A stretch of 64,000 nucleotides of DNA from an uncultured Actinomycetes bacterium (GTDB lineage: Bacteria; Actinomycetota; Acidimicrobiia; Acidimicrobiales; CADCTF01), in contig CAVSUD010000014.1 of assembly GCA_963731055.1 (NCBI GenBank), positions 33,575 to 97,574 of the forward strand, read 5' to 3'. The translations under genes and the position numbers were made by a program. Of the stretch, positions 10,083 through 20,856 are shown piece after piece. The notes below the pieces were generated by a model. The model saw nothing but the letters and a program-made list of their open reading frames with translations, did not search any database and was not told where the DNA came from. Position 1 is the stretch's first letter; each line of letters opens with the position of its first letter.

Positions 10083-10663
10083 CGGACGGCGCCCAGGAAG
10101 TTGGTGAGAAGCTCCTTGCCGACGGAGGTGAGGATCGACTCCGGATGGAACTGGACGCCCTCGATGGGGAGCTCGCGATGGCGCAGGCCCATGATCACGC
10201 CGTCCTCGGTCTCGGCCGTCACCTCGAGGACCTCGGGAAGCGTCTCGCGCTCCACGACCAGCGAGTGGTACCGGGTCGCCTCGAACGGATCGGGCAGCCC
10301 GGCCATCACGCCGACGCCCGTGTGGTGCACGGGGCTGGTCTTGCCGTGCATGACCCGCTCGGCCCGGACGATGCGCCCGCCGAAGACCTCGCCGATGCAC
10401 TGGAGACCGAGGCACACGCCGAAGACGGGGATGGTCGGGCCGAGCCGGCGGATCACCTCGTTGGAGATCCCGGCGTCCCGGGGCGCGCCCGGCCCGGGCG
10501 AGATGAGGATCGCGGCGGGCTGGAGGCCGGCGATCTCGTCGACGGTCACGGCGTCGTGGCGGTACACGATGGGCTCGGCCTCGAGCTCGCCGAGGTACTG
10601 GACGAGGTTGTAGGTGAAGGAGTCGTAGTTGTCGACGACGACGACGCGAGGAGAGGCGGCCAC
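10076..10663 (-). CDS. trpG: glutamine amidotransferase, anthranilate/aminodeoxychorismate synthase component II
   Basis: The GTG at 10663 lies in the frame of ORF 10076..10963. Motifs '[45 protein letters not shown]' are the class-I GATase triad motifs. Confidence 0.85.
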   Translation of the reverse strand: MAASPRVVVVDNYDSFTYNLVQYLGELEAEPIVYRHDAVTVDEIAGLQPAAILISPGPGAPRDAGISNEVIRRLGPTIPVFGVCLGLQCIGEVFGGRIVRAERVMHGKTSPVHHTGVGVMAGLPDPFEATRYHSLVVERETLPEVLEVTAETEDGVIMGLRHRELPIEGVQFHPESILTSVGKELLTNFLGAVRA

Positions 10664-10668
10664 GCCGG

Positions 10669-11412
10669 TCAGGTTACGGGGCGGGCGTAGACGAACTTCG
10701 TGGAGCCGCGATAGGCGGGCAGGTCGAGCTTCGGGCGGCGCACCACGGTGAAGCCGAGGCCGAAGGTGCCGGCGTCCTGCTTGAGCCGACGGACCAACCG
10801 GTCGCCGTCGAAGCGCTCGCGGTTCGCCCCGATGGCCGAGACCACGTAGGGCGGCGAGTGGACGGTCCCGTTCAACAACAGGGTGTTCCCGACACAGAGC
10901 ACGGCGCTGGTGCTGACGAGGCGCTGGCCGTTGATGGACATGGCCTCGGCGCCCGAGCGCCACAGGGCGTTGACCACCGCCTGCACGTCCTGGGAGTGGA
11001 TGACGAGGTCGTTGACGTTGCCTCCCCCCGGAGCGGCGGGGAGCTTGGAGTCCGTCAGGGCCACCTCGAGGCCGGCGCCCGTGAGCGGGCTGAGGCCGGC
11101 CACGACCGACGTGGCGGCGACGAGCTCCGAGCGTTCCGCGGTGCCGTCGCCCCGGCTCGCCTCGGTGGCCCGTTCGGCGTCCACCTCGGCCCGCAAGGCG
11201 GCCACCTCGCGACGCAGGGCCACGGCCTGTCGCTGCTGCTGCTCGATCAGGTCGGCCAGCCGGTACCGGGTGGGCAGCCGGGTCTGGGGGTCGGCCGGCT
11301 GCGATCGGAAGGCGAGGACGCCCAGGAAGGCCATCAACATCGCAGCGACGAGGAGCGCCGGCGACCGGCGCCGAGGGGCCAGGCTGCGGTGGTCGTGGGT
11401 GGGCGCCGTCAT
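10669..11412 (-). CDS. DUF881-domain membrane protein (Rv0012-like)
   Basis: ATG at 11412 in the frame of ORF 10669..11568. A TM and a coiled segment precede '[46 protein letters not shown]'. Synteny between trpG and crgA. Confidence 0.7.
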   Translation of the reverse strand: MTAPTHDHRSLAPRRRSPALLVAAMLMAFLGVLAFRSQPADPQTRLPTRYRLADLIEQQQRQAVALRREVAALRAEVDAERATEASRGDGTAERSELVAATSVVAGLSPLTGAGLEVALTDSKLPAAPGGGNVNDLVIHSQDVQAVVNALWRSGAEAMSINGQRLVSTSAVLCVGNTLLLNGTVHSPPYVVSAIGANRERFDGDRLVRRLKQDAGTFGLGFTVVRRPKLDLPAYRGSTKFVYARPVT

Positions 11413-11459
11413 CGCGTGTGCCGCCATTCTGGCCGGGAGTGGGCCGCTACGCTTCGAGC

Positions 11460-11825
11460 GTGCCCGAGAAGAAGAAGGAACACCGGCCCGGTGCGTCGAT
11501 CCAGGCCCGTCCCGTCTCGGCCAAGGGTGGTCGGGTGACACCGAAGGGCACGACCGCCGGCGGCGCACGGCCGGTGGCGAAGGGTCCGAACGCGAGCGGT
11601 TCGATGCCCTCGAACGGGCGTTACACCCCGCCGGTGCCCCAGGAGTACAAGGTGTCGCCGAGGTGGGTGCCCATCGCCATGGGGATCCTGCTCATCGGCG
11701 GGATGCTCATGATCATGGCGAACTACCTCTCGTTGATGCCGGGCGGCGAGCCGAGCAACGCCTACCTCCTCGGGGGCCTCGGGCTCATCACCCTCGGCTT
11801 CATCGTCGCCACCCGCTGGCGCTGA
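11460..11825 (+). CDS. crgA: cell-division protein CrgA
   Basis: GTG at 11460 in the frame of ORF 11418..11825. '(M)PEKKKEH..RYTPPVP..SPRWVPIAMGILLIGGMLMIMANY..GLGLITLGFIVATRW' has the two TMs typical of CrgA. Confidence 0.7.
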   Translation: MPEKKKEHRPGASIQARPVSAKGGRVTPKGTTAGGARPVAKGPNASGSMPSNGRYTPPVPQEYKVSPRWVPIAMGILLIGGMLMIMANYLSLMPGGEPSNAYLLGGLGLITLGFIVATRWR

Positions 11826-11872
11826 CACCACGCCGGGGCCCTCAGCCGTTGCTCCTACGATGGGGCTCCCCC

Positions 11873-11948
11873 GGGGACGTAGCTCAGTTGGCAGAGCGCT
11901 GCCTTTGCAAGGCAGATGTCGAGGGTTCGATTCCCTTCGTCTCCACCA
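11873..11948 (+). tRNA. alaT: tRNA-Ala (anticodon TGC), CCA encoded
   Basis: GGGGACGTAGCTCAGTTGGCAGAGCGCTGCCTTTGCAAGGCAGATGTCGAGGGTTCGATTCCCTTCGTCTCCACCA. It has the G3:U70 identity pair, anticodon loop TTTGCAA and T-loop TTCGATT. Confidence 0.92.
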
Positions 11949-12559
11949 CACCCGATCCTTCGACGCCGGCCTTGCCCCCGTCGACCCGCCGGCGCCAGTC
12001 GTCGTAGCGGGCGGGATCGGTCCAGGCCCCGGTGGCGCGGTCGAAGGCGAGCGCCTCGGGCACCATCCACTCGGCCCGGCCGCGGCGGGCGGACGGTCGA
12101 CGACGCCGTGGCGATGTCGGCCGGGACGTCGAGGGTCGTGGCGCCGAGAGGGAGGTCGACGTGCTCGTGGCCCGGGCGGGGCGCGACGGCGATGGCCGGG
12201 AGGGCGGCCACGGCCGCATCCCGCGCGACGGTCGACCCACGGTAGAAGGTCGGGTCGAGGACCTGGGCCCACTTGTCCGCGCCCAGGACGAGGACGTCGT
12301 ACCCCCGAGCCACGTCCACCAGGAGCTGGTGATCGGTGACGGCGAGCCCGAGCCACCCGCCGGCGGCAGCGACGACGTCGGCCAGCACGGCGAGGCGGTC
12401 GTCGAGGGCCGGGCGGACGACGTGCTCCTTGGCCAGCGCCACGCGCGACACGACGAGGTCGAGGCGCTCGAGGCCGCAACGCTCGAGCGCGGCCGCGGCG
12501 ATGGCGAGGTGGGCGACCGTCGGCGGGTCGAACGAGCCGGGGTAGCAGCCGATCGTCAT
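11884..12559 (-). pseudogene. cytidylyltransferase-fold NMN/NaMN adenylyltransferase-like protein, one frame break near 12085
   Basis: ORF 11855..12559 begins 'MTIGCYPGSFDPPTVAHL' (GxFxPxHxxH-type motif) and runs to 'ATASSTVR' (ISST-like motif). Plausible sequence then continues in the frame of ORF 11884..12240 ('RGRAEWMVPEALAFDRATGAWTDPARYDDW'). That frame only stops at 11884, antisense to tRNA-Ala. Confidence 0.55.
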
Positions 12560-12569
12560 CCGGCTCGGC

Positions 12570-13031
12570 CTACGGCCCGATCAGCAGTGACCCGTCGACC
12601 TCGATCTCGCCGGGGTCCACCTTCACCTTGATGGAGTCCGACCCGGTGGCGCCGGCCTTGATCTCGCCGATGTCGACGGGGATGACGGTGCCGCCGATCT
12701 TCACGCTGACCGTGCCCTGCCAGTCGAACTCGGTGTTGTTGGTGATGGGCAGGCGGAGGAGCACCCGGCCGGGTCCGGCCGGGCCGACGCCGAGATCGAG
12801 GACGAGCCCGCCGCACACGCCCTCGGGCTCGCCGCGCTCGATGACGTTCGAGGACACGATGACCGGCGGGCCCGACTCCGGGACGACCATGGTGAAGGGG
12901 ATCTCCGTCGCCTGCCGGCAGGTGAGGATGTGGGTGAGCCCCCGCAGCGACGACGTGACGATCGGGATGAGGAACGCGCCGAGCAGCACGATGAGGGCGA
13001 TCCTCGACCGGAGGGCGGACGGCATCGCCAC
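12570..13031 (-). CDS. hypothetical membrane-anchored/secreted protein
   Basis: 153-aa ORF with an N-terminal TM 'IALIVLLGAFLIPIVTSS' and a beta-rich remainder. High GC3 and no recognised motif. Confidence 0.5.
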   Translation of the reverse strand: MAMPSALRSRIALIVLLGAFLIPIVTSSLRGLTHILTCRQATEIPFTMVVPESGPPVIVSSNVIERGEPEGVCGGLVLDLGVGPAGPGRVLLRLPITNNTEFDWQGTVSVKIGGTVIPVDIGEIKAGATGSDSIKVKVDPGEIEVDGSLLIGP

Positions 13032-13104
13032 CAGTGTCGCCGATCACCGCTCGGCGTGGCGGTGACCACCTACCATTCCGGCTGATGAGCGCGCCGGGCC
13101 GACC

Positions 13105-13956
13105 GTGAGCTACGACGCGACGCGGCGCCTCGTCCTCGCCGGCGGACTGGCCCTGCTGCTGCTGATCGCCGGTGTGATGTTCGTGCGTCGAGTCGACACC
13201 GTCGAGGTCGTCGCCGTGCTCCTCTTCATCCCGGTCTTCCTGGCCTTCACCTTCGGCCACCTGATCGGCGGCACGGTCGCCGCCCTCCTCGCCACCGCCG
13301 TCTACGCCGTGCTGCGCAACCCGGCCATCGACGCCGTCGGCGGCGGGCGGTTCGCCGGCCTCCTGGCCGGGCGCGGCATCGGGTACCTCGCTTTCGGGGT
13401 CCTCGGCGGCTGGGCCTCCCAGCAACTCGAGCGCAGCCTCGACAAGCTCGACGTCTACGACCAGGTGGACGACGACACGGGCCTGTTCAACGCCCGCTTC
13501 CTGGTGCAGGACACCGACCTCGAGATGGCCCGGGCCGGCCGGTACAAGACCTTCTTCTCCGTGTGCATGGTCGAGCTGCCGGCCGGCCCGCTCGACGCCC
13601 TCCCCCGCCGGAAGCGAGCCGGTCTCCTGCGCGAGCTCGGCGGTCAGCTCGGGGAGGCGGTGCGGTCCGTCGATCGCGCCGTCCACGCCCGCGACGGGTC
13701 CGTCCACCGCTTCGCCGTGATCTGCCCGGAGACGGCGAGCGAGGGGGCGACGGTCTTCGCCGGTCGTCTCGGCGAGCGGGTCGGCGCCTTCGTCCGCAGT
13801 CGCGGCGTGCCGCTGCCGGACGGGGACCTGGTCTCGGTCGCCTGCACGTTCCCCGGGGACGAGGACCGGCTCGGGTCGTTGCGGGAGCAGTTCGCGGCAA
13901 TCGACCGGTCCGAGCACCCGGATCATCCCGCTCCGGAGCGCGCCCCGCACGCCTGA
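13105..13956 (+). CDS. membrane protein with degenerate GGDEF-like domain
   Basis: 283-aa ORF starting at a GTG. Three to four N-terminal TMs are followed by 'DQVDDDTGLFNARFL', which resembles the D-x-LTGL-x-NRR start of GGDEF domains. The GG(D/E)EF position reads 'RDGSVHRFAVI'. Confidence 0.55.
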   Translation: MSYDATRRLVLAGGLALLLLIAGVMFVRRVDTVEVVAVLLFIPVFLAFTFGHLIGGTVAALLATAVYAVLRNPAIDAVGGGRFAGLLAGRGIGYLAFGVLGGWASQQLERSLDKLDVYDQVDDDTGLFNARFLVQDTDLEMARAGRYKTFFSVCMVELPAGPLDALPRRKRAGLLRELGGQLGEAVRSVDRAVHARDGSVHRFAVICPETASEGATVFAGRLGERVGAFVRSRGVPLPDGDLVSVACTFPGDEDRLGSLREQFAAIDRSEHPDHPAPERAPHA

Positions 13957-14133
13957 GTCCGAAATCTTCTGGACACTTCCTGTTTCCAGGCAGGACACAG
14001 GCGGTACCATGGAGAACGTTGCAGGAGCGGCAGCGAACCTTGGGGGTGGTTCGATCGAATGGATCTTCGGATCCTGGACGTCGGACAGGCCAGCCGCCGG
14101 TGTGAGCAAACGACCTCACGTCGGAGGAACGAC

Positions 14134-14436
14134 ATGGCCATCGCAATCGAAACTCCCAAGTCCTGGGACGCGCACCTGACCTGGCGTCAGGACGCGGAAT
14201 GTCGGGACCTGGATCCCAACCTCTTCTTCCCCGTCGGTGTCACCGGCGCGGCGGTCGACCAGATCGCCACCGCCAAGGGCATCTGCGACGGCTGCCCGGT
14301 CCGGACCGAGTGCCTGGAGTTCGCCATCACCTCGAACCAGGAGTTCGGCGTGTGGGGCGGGACCTCGGAGGACGAGCGCCGCGTGCTGCGACGCCAGTGG
14401 CGGGCCCGCATGCGCGCCGGCCGCGTCGCCGTCTAG
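14134..14436 (+). CDS. whiB: WhiB-family (WhiB1-like) Fe-S transcription factor
   Basis: ATG at 14134, preceded by GGAGGAAC. 'QDAECRDLDPNLFFPVG..AKGICDGCPVRTECLEFA..GVWGGTSEDERR' has four Cys in the Wbl pattern. Confidence 0.85.
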   Translation: MAIAIETPKSWDAHLTWRQDAECRDLDPNLFFPVGVTGAAVDQIATAKGICDGCPVRTECLEFAITSNQEFGVWGGTSEDERRVLRRQWRARMRAGRVAV

Positions 14437-15272
14437 GTCTCTTCGGCCGCCACCAGCGGCGTCGGTGAGGTCGGCGTGGCCCCGGCGATGAGCACGGTGG
14501 CGGCGAGGATCGCCGCCCCCCGACCAGCTGTACCGGTCCCGCCGTCTCCCGGAGGAACAGCGCCGCGAGCACGACGCTGCTGAGGGCCTCGAGCGTCATC
14601 ACCACCGCGGTGCGGCTCGGCCCGAGCCGGGCCAGCGCCGCGAACATGAGGGAGAAGGCCGCCGCCGTGGCCAGCCCGTTCAGCCCCATGAGCCACGCGT
14701 CCGCCCCCGGGCTCCGGAGACCACCCGTCACCAGGCCCTGGGTCGTGAGCGACAGCGACGCTCCCGCCGCCACCCAGGCGCCGTTCACCATCGGGTCGCT
14801 GCGCCCGACGGTCCGTCCGCTGATCAGCAGGTAGATGGCGAAGCTGAGCGCGGCGGACAGGGCGAAGCCGATGCCGGCCGGCGAGATGGCGACGTCGCCG
14901 CCGGTGACGACGATCAGCGCCGTGCCGGCCAGGGACAGGCCGAGGGCGCCGAGCAGCCGCCGCGTCGCCCGGATGCCGCCCGTCGTGAGCTCGGCCACGG
15001 TCACCAGGGCCGGGTAGACGTAGAAGAGGAGCGCGACGGCGGCCGCCGTCCCCCGCTGCAGGGCGGCGTAGAAGAGTGACGACTCGAGCCGCGTATCCGA
15101 CGGCGCCGAGCAGCAGCGGTCGCAGCCGCTCCCCCGCCACCGGTCGCAGCGGCCGGCCCAGCAGCCGGAGCAGGGCGAACAGGGTGAGGGCCGAGATGCC
15201 GAAGCGGATCGACAAGGTGGCCTGCGGACCGAAGCCGTGGCGGGCCAGCGTCCGGTTGCAGACGATGGTCAC
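14433..15272 (-). pseudogene. EamA/DMT-family transporter, frame interrupted about twice; 5' end uncertain
   Basis: ORF 14433..15272 holds the N-terminus 'TLSIRFGISALTLFALLRLL' and the C-terminus 'AAILAATVLIAGATP'. The middle TMs ('ALVTVAELTTGG..GFALSAALSFAIYLLISGR..') are in the frame of ORF 14327..15004. TM1-like 'GLAAAGAFAYG' continues upstream of 15272 without a start codon. Confidence 0.6.
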
Positions 15273-15324
15273 GCCGTAGGCGAAGGCGCCGGCGGCGGCG
15301 AGGCCCGTGCCGCCCCTCGAGCCC

Positions 15325-17169
15325 TCAGCGGACGTAGAGCGCCTCGATCTCGTCGGCGTACTTGGCGGTGATGCCCCGGCGCTTGAGCTTCATCGTCGGG
15401 GTCAGCTCCTCGGAGTCGGGGAGCCACTCGTCGCCGAGCAGCTTCCACTTCTTGATCTGCTCGACCTGGTTGAACCGGGCGTTCGCCTCCTGCACGCCGG
15501 CCGCGACCTCGGCCTGCACGTCGGGGTCGGCGGCCAGGTCGGCCATCGATGCGCCGGCGCGATCGTGGCCCTTCGCCCACGCCTCGGCGGCGTCGGGATC
15601 GAGCACCAACAGCGCCGACATGAACGGGCGCTGGTCGCCGATGGCGGCCGCCTGGCCGATCAGCGGGATCGTCTTGAGCGCGGCCTCGAGGTTGGCCGGG
15701 GTGATGTTCTTGCCGCCGGCGGTGATGATCAGCTCCTTCTTGCGGTCGACGATGCGGAGGTAGCCGTCGTCGTCGAACTCGCCGATGTCGCCGGTGTGGA
15801 GCCAGCCGTCGGCGTCGAGGGTCTCGGCCGTCTTGTCCGGATCGTTGAGGTAGCCGGGGAAGATGTTGCCGCCGCGGGCGATGACCTCGCCGTCCTCGGC
15901 CAGGGCCACCTCCACGCCGGGGAGGGCGCGGCCCACCGTGCCCGGCTTGACCCGCTCCGGCGTCCCACGTCAGCGGACCGGTGTTCTCGGACATGCCGTA
16001 GATCTCCGAGAGGGGCACGCCGATGGCGCGGATACCACTCGAGCGAGCTCGACCGGGATCGGCGCCGCGCCGGTGATCGCCCGCTTCAGCTCGTCGAGAC
16101 CGACCAGGGCCCGGATCGGTGGCGAAGGCGACCTCGTCGAGGAAGGCGAGGGTCGCCCGCTCCTCGTCGCTGAGGGCGGCATCGCCCTCGAGCGTGCGCT
16201 TGGCCACCAGCGGCGTGGCGGTGGCGACGGCGTCGTCGAACTTCGCCTTCTTCTCCGGGTCGGCAGCCAGCGCGGCCTCGACGCCCGAGGCGATCTTCTC
16301 CCAGATGCGCGGCACGCCGAAGCCGATGTGGGGGCGGACCTCGCGCAGATACTCCCCGATCTTCCCGGTGTCGGGGCAGCAGGTGACGGTCGACCCGCCG
16401 AGGATGGCGTTGTAGTGGCTGGTCTGACGCTCGGCGATGTGGGCCATCGGCAGGTAGGACACGATCCGCATGCCGGCCAGCTCGTCCTCCGGCATCCCGA
16501 ACGCCCGGAGGAGCGCGACCCCGGTCCACAAGACGTTGTAGTGGGTGATCATCACGCCCTTGGGCGGACCCGTCGTGCCCGACGTGTAGATCAGCGTGGC
16601 GAGGTCGTCGGGCTGCGCGACGGCGGCCGCCTCGACGAGGTCGATCGGGTCGGTGGCCACGAGCTCGTCCCACGTGACGACGTCGGTCGAGGCACCCTCC
16701 CCCGCCACGAGCACGATCGTGTGCAGGGTCGGCAACTCGCCGCGGACCTTGGCCACCCGCTCGAGGAACCCCTCGTTCTCGACGATGACGACCTTGGCCT
16801 CGGCATGGCTGATCAGGTACTGGACCTGGTCCGGCGCCGAGGAGTTGTAGATCGAGAAGGGCGTGGCGCCGAGGAGCGGTGACGGCGATGTCGGCGACGT
16901 GGAAGTCGGGAACGTTGCGGAGCATCGAGCGCGACCCGGTCGCCACGACCGACGCCGAGCCCCCGCAGACCAGCGGCGAGCCGACAGGCCCGATCGGCGT
17001 ACTCCTCCCAGGTCAGCTCGTCCCACCCACCGGTGGCTTCGTTGCGGCTGCGCAGCGCGACGTCGTGCGCCTGGGCCGCGACCCGGTCGGCGAAGCGGCT
17101 GGCGACGGTCTGGCCCGCCACCTCGGCGTCGATCTCGGCTCGGACGGCGGCGACCTCGGGTGTGCCCAT
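15325..17169 (-). pseudogene. fadD: long-chain fatty-acid--CoA ligase (AMP-binding), frame interrupted about 5 times
   Basis: Pieces lie in four frames:
- 'MGTPEVAAVRAE..'
- 'MLRNVPDFHVADIAVT'
- 'LIYTSGTTGPPKGVMITH..YLPMAHIAE'
- 'IRALVGLDELKRAITGAAPIP'
- 'GVPLSEIYGMSENTGP'
- 'GWLHTGDIGEFDDDGYLRIVDRKKELIITAGGKNI'
Breaks fall near 16930, 16885, 16115, 16040 and 15965. Confidence 0.8.
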
Positions 17170-17221
17170 GGTCACGACGCTACCCAGGCCGGGATGCGAT
17201 GCCGCGGCGCGAGACCACATT

Positions 17222-17252
17222 GTTGACCCGTTGGGTCGGGTATCGTGCGGCC
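17222..17252 (+). promoter_or_regulatory. candidate promoter of a leaderless peroxiredoxin mRNA
   Basis: TATCGT (17241-17246) ends 6 nt before the ATG at 17253, and there is no SD-like purine run between them. TTGACC at 17222-17227 is only 13 nt upstream (17228-17240), so the -35 assignment is doubtful. Confidence 0.3.
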
Positions 17253-17888
17253 ATGACGATTCGCCTGGGCGACGAAGCCCCCAACTTCACTGCAGAGACC
17301 ACCGAGGGCACCATCGACTTCCACGAGTACCTCGGTGACGGCTGGGGCGTGCTGTTCTCGCACCCGAAGGACTTCACGCCGGTGTGCACGACCGAGCTCG
17401 GTGCGGTGGCCCGCCTCAAGCCGGAGTTCGACCAGCGCAACACCAAGGTCATCGCCGTGTCCGTGGACGACGTCGAGTCCCACAAGAAGTGGGCCGGCGA
17501 CATCGCCGACGTCGGCGGGACCGCCCTCAACTTCCCGATCATCGGCGACGAGAGCCGCCAGGTCTCCGATCTCTACGGGATGATCCACCCCAACGCCAAC
17601 GACACCCTCACCGTGCGCTCGGTGTTCGTGATCGGCCCGGACAAGAAGGTGAAGCTGTCCCTCACCTATCCGGCGTCGACGGGCCGCAACTTCCAGGAGA
17701 TCCTCCGGGTCATCGACTCGCTCCAGCTGACCGCCGACTACAAGGTGGCCACGCCGGCCGACTGGAAGGACGGCGAGGACGTGATCATCACGCCGGCCGT
17801 CTCCGACGAGGAGGCCAAGGAGAAGTTCCCCAAGGGCTTCGAGGCCAAGAAGCCCTACCTCCGGGTCACCCCGCAGCCCAACAAGTAG
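17253..17888 (+). CDS. 1-Cys peroxiredoxin (Prx6/AhpC-TSA family)
   Basis: ATG at 17253 in the frame of ORF 16863..17888. 'GDEAPNFTAETTEGTIDFHEYLGDGWGVLFSHPKDFTPVCTTELG' carries the peroxidatic PVCTTE motif. Confidence 0.9.
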   Translation: MTIRLGDEAPNFTAETTEGTIDFHEYLGDGWGVLFSHPKDFTPVCTTELGAVARLKPEFDQRNTKVIAVSVDDVESHKKWAGDIADVGGTALNFPIIGDESRQVSDLYGMIHPNANDTLTVRSVFVIGPDKKVKLSLTYPASTGRNFQEILRVIDSLQLTADYKVATPADWKDGEDVIITPAVSDEEAKEKFPKGFEAKKPYLRVTPQPNK

Positions 17889-17912
17889 CGGCCGTCGTGG
17901 CGGGCGACGCCC

Positions 17913-18332
17913 TCACCCCTCGCGATGGAGCAGGAACGTTCCCGTGGCCCGGCTGACGAGGACGCCGTCGGCGTCCTTGACCGTCGCCTCGGCAAACGCA
18001 ACCTGCTTGGCGATGCGGGTGACGGCGCCCCGCACGACGAACGTCCCCCCGAGGTTGGCCGTGCGCAGGTAGCTGCCGGTCATGTCGATGGTGGACCGGG
18101 TGCGGTCGCGTCCGTCGAGGCTGGCGTTGATGGCGAAGTTCATCGCGGCGTCGAGGAGGATGTCGTGGACGCCGGCCTGCACGTAGCCGTGGGGGTTGCA
18201 GGCCAGCGCCGTGGGCGTCCACGTGCAGGTCGCCCATCCTGCGTCGCCGTCGTAGCCGTCGAAGACCCCGCCGATCGCTTCGATGATCGGCATCCCACCG
18301 TCGCCCAGCCAGCGGTCCATGTTCTTGCTCAC
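17913..18332 (-). CDS. PaaI-type hotdog-fold thioesterase
   Basis: 139-aa ORF. 'NPHGYVQAGVHDILLDAAM..' and the C-terminal 'GVLVSRATGTFL' are typical of PaaI/4HBT thioesterases. Its GTG start overlaps the kinase stop (GTGA). Confidence 0.7.
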   Translation of the reverse strand: MSKNMDRWLGDGGMPIIEAIGGVFDGYDGDAGWATCTWTPTALACNPHGYVQAGVHDILLDAAMNFAINASLDGRDRTRSTIDMTGSYLRTANLGGTFVVRGAVTRIAKQVAFAEATVKDADGVLVSRATGTFLLHREG

Positions 18333-19531
18333 GCCGGGAACCGTAGGGTGAAGCGGGCCCCGCCGTCCGGGGCGTCGTCGAGGGTGATGGTGGCGTCGAG
18401 GGCGGTGGCCAACTGGCGGACGACGGGCAGGCCGAGCCCCATGCCGGCGCCGGTGTGGTTGCCCCGGTAGAAGCGCTCGAACACCCGGCCCCGGTCCTCG
18501 GGGGCGATTCCCGGTCCGTGGTCGCGGACGACCACGGTCAATGCACCGGTCTCGTCACGCTCGCACGTCAACACGGCGTCACCGCCGTACTTCAGGGCGT
18601 TGTCGACCAGCTGGTTGACGAGGTGGCGCAGGATGATCGGGTCGGTCACCACCCGGCCTTCCTCGACGGTGGCCACCGTGACCCGGCGCTCGTCGACGGA
18701 CAGGCGAGCCGCCTCGCGGAGCAACGCGGTGACCTCCACGTCTCGGGGCCGCACCCGGGACATGCCGGCGTCGAGGCTCGACACCGTCAGGATCTCCTCG
18801 ATCAACGACGACAGGCGGGTGACCGACGTCTTGATCCGGCCGAGCACCTCTTGTTGCTGCTCCGGCCCGATGCGGTCGCCGTGGAGCAGGAGGGTGTCGG
18901 TGAACCCGCCCATGATCGTGAGCGGCGTGCGCAGCTCGTGGCTGATCCGGGCGATGAAGTCGCCCTTCATGCGCTCGACCTCGAGGAGGTCCTCGCGACG
19001 GCGGGCGCTCTCGACCGCCCCGGCCACCTGCACGGCCAGGCCCTCGAGCACCGCCACGTCGTCGGCGTCGAAGGCATCCGCCTCGACGGCGTCGACCTGC
19101 AACACGCCGATCACGGTGCCCAGGACGGTGAGCGGGACGGCGACGTAGCTGCGGGTCGCGGCATTCGAGCCAACCCGGCGCAGGACCGGGTCGACGCGCT
19201 CGTCGAGGCGGATGTCGGGCGAGGAGATGGTCCGGCCGCTCGAGACGACGCGGCCGCTCAGCCCCGTCCCCAACGGCACCCGGGCCGACCGGACGTCTTC
19301 GCTCACCGAAGGATCCGAGGCGGCGACGAAGACCCCCCGCTCGTCGACGAGCTGGATGGTCCCCCCGCGAAAGTCGACGAGCGATCGCATGGCGTCGAGC
19401 ACGGTCGACAACACGCCCTGCAACTCGAGGGCGGGGCCGATCTCGCGAGCGACACGTGCCAGCAGCGATTGCAGCTGGAGGAGGCGCTCGAGGCGTTCTT
19501 CCGGCGACTTCCCCCGCGGGCCGTTGGGCAC
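18329..19531 (-). CDS. cytoplasmic GAF-domain sensor histidine kinase (no cognate response regulator in window)
   Basis: Intact 400-aa ORF. It has a GAF-like N-domain, the H-box 'ISHELRTPLT', the N-box 'VNQLVDNALKYG' and the G-boxes 'DHGPGI..GMGLGL'. Confidence 0.85.
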   Translation of the reverse strand: MPNGPRGKSPEERLERLLQLQSLLARVAREIGPALELQGVLSTVLDAMRSLVDFRGGTIQLVDERGVFVAASDPSVSEDVRSARVPLGTGLSGRVVSSGRTISSPDIRLDERVDPVLRRVGSNAATRSYVAVPLTVLGTVIGVLQVDAVEADAFDADDVAVLEGLAVQVAGAVESARRREDLLEVERMKGDFIARISHELRTPLTIMGGFTDTLLLHGDRIGPEQQQEVLGRIKTSVTRLSSLIEEILTVSSLDAGMSRVRPRDVEVTALLREAARLSVDERRVTVATVEEGRVVTDPIILRHLVNQLVDNALKYGGDAVLTCERDETGALTVVVRDHGPGIAPEDRGRVFERFYRGNHTGAGMGLGLPVVRQLATALDATITLDDAPDGGARFTLRFPA

Positions 19532-19612
19532 CCCCCGATGCTTGCAGGTCGAGCCAGCCCGGGAACAGGTGCCTTCTGGCGACCTCGGGAGGGCCGGAAC
19601 TAGCGTCGCCCC

Positions 19613-20799
<1,187 letters not shown>

Positions 20800-20829
20800 G
20801 TCCCGAGCCCCCGGCTAGCGGTTCGACGT

Positions 20830-20856
20830 CATCTCCCCCCATCATGGGGGGAGATG
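20830..20856 (+). promoter_or_regulatory. perfect 11-bp hairpin covering the SD and ATG of the downstream small ORF (also a possible thiolase terminator stem)
   Basis: CATCTCCCCCC (20830-20840), loop ATCAT, GGGGGGAGATG (20846-20856). The right arm contains GGGGGGAG plus the ATG at 20854. Confidence 0.5.

Noticed and set aside
12556-14109. 517-aa - strand ORF
   Set aside because: It overlaps two better-supported genes (12570-13031 in another frame, and 13105-13956 on the opposite strand) and has junk-like composition.
14433-14436. Convergent whiB and EamA stop codons sharing a CTAG palindrome
   Set aside because: The overlap is real in the sequence but trivial, since a 3-4-nt convergent overlap is common. 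The EamA 3' frame is also uncertain because of frame breaks.
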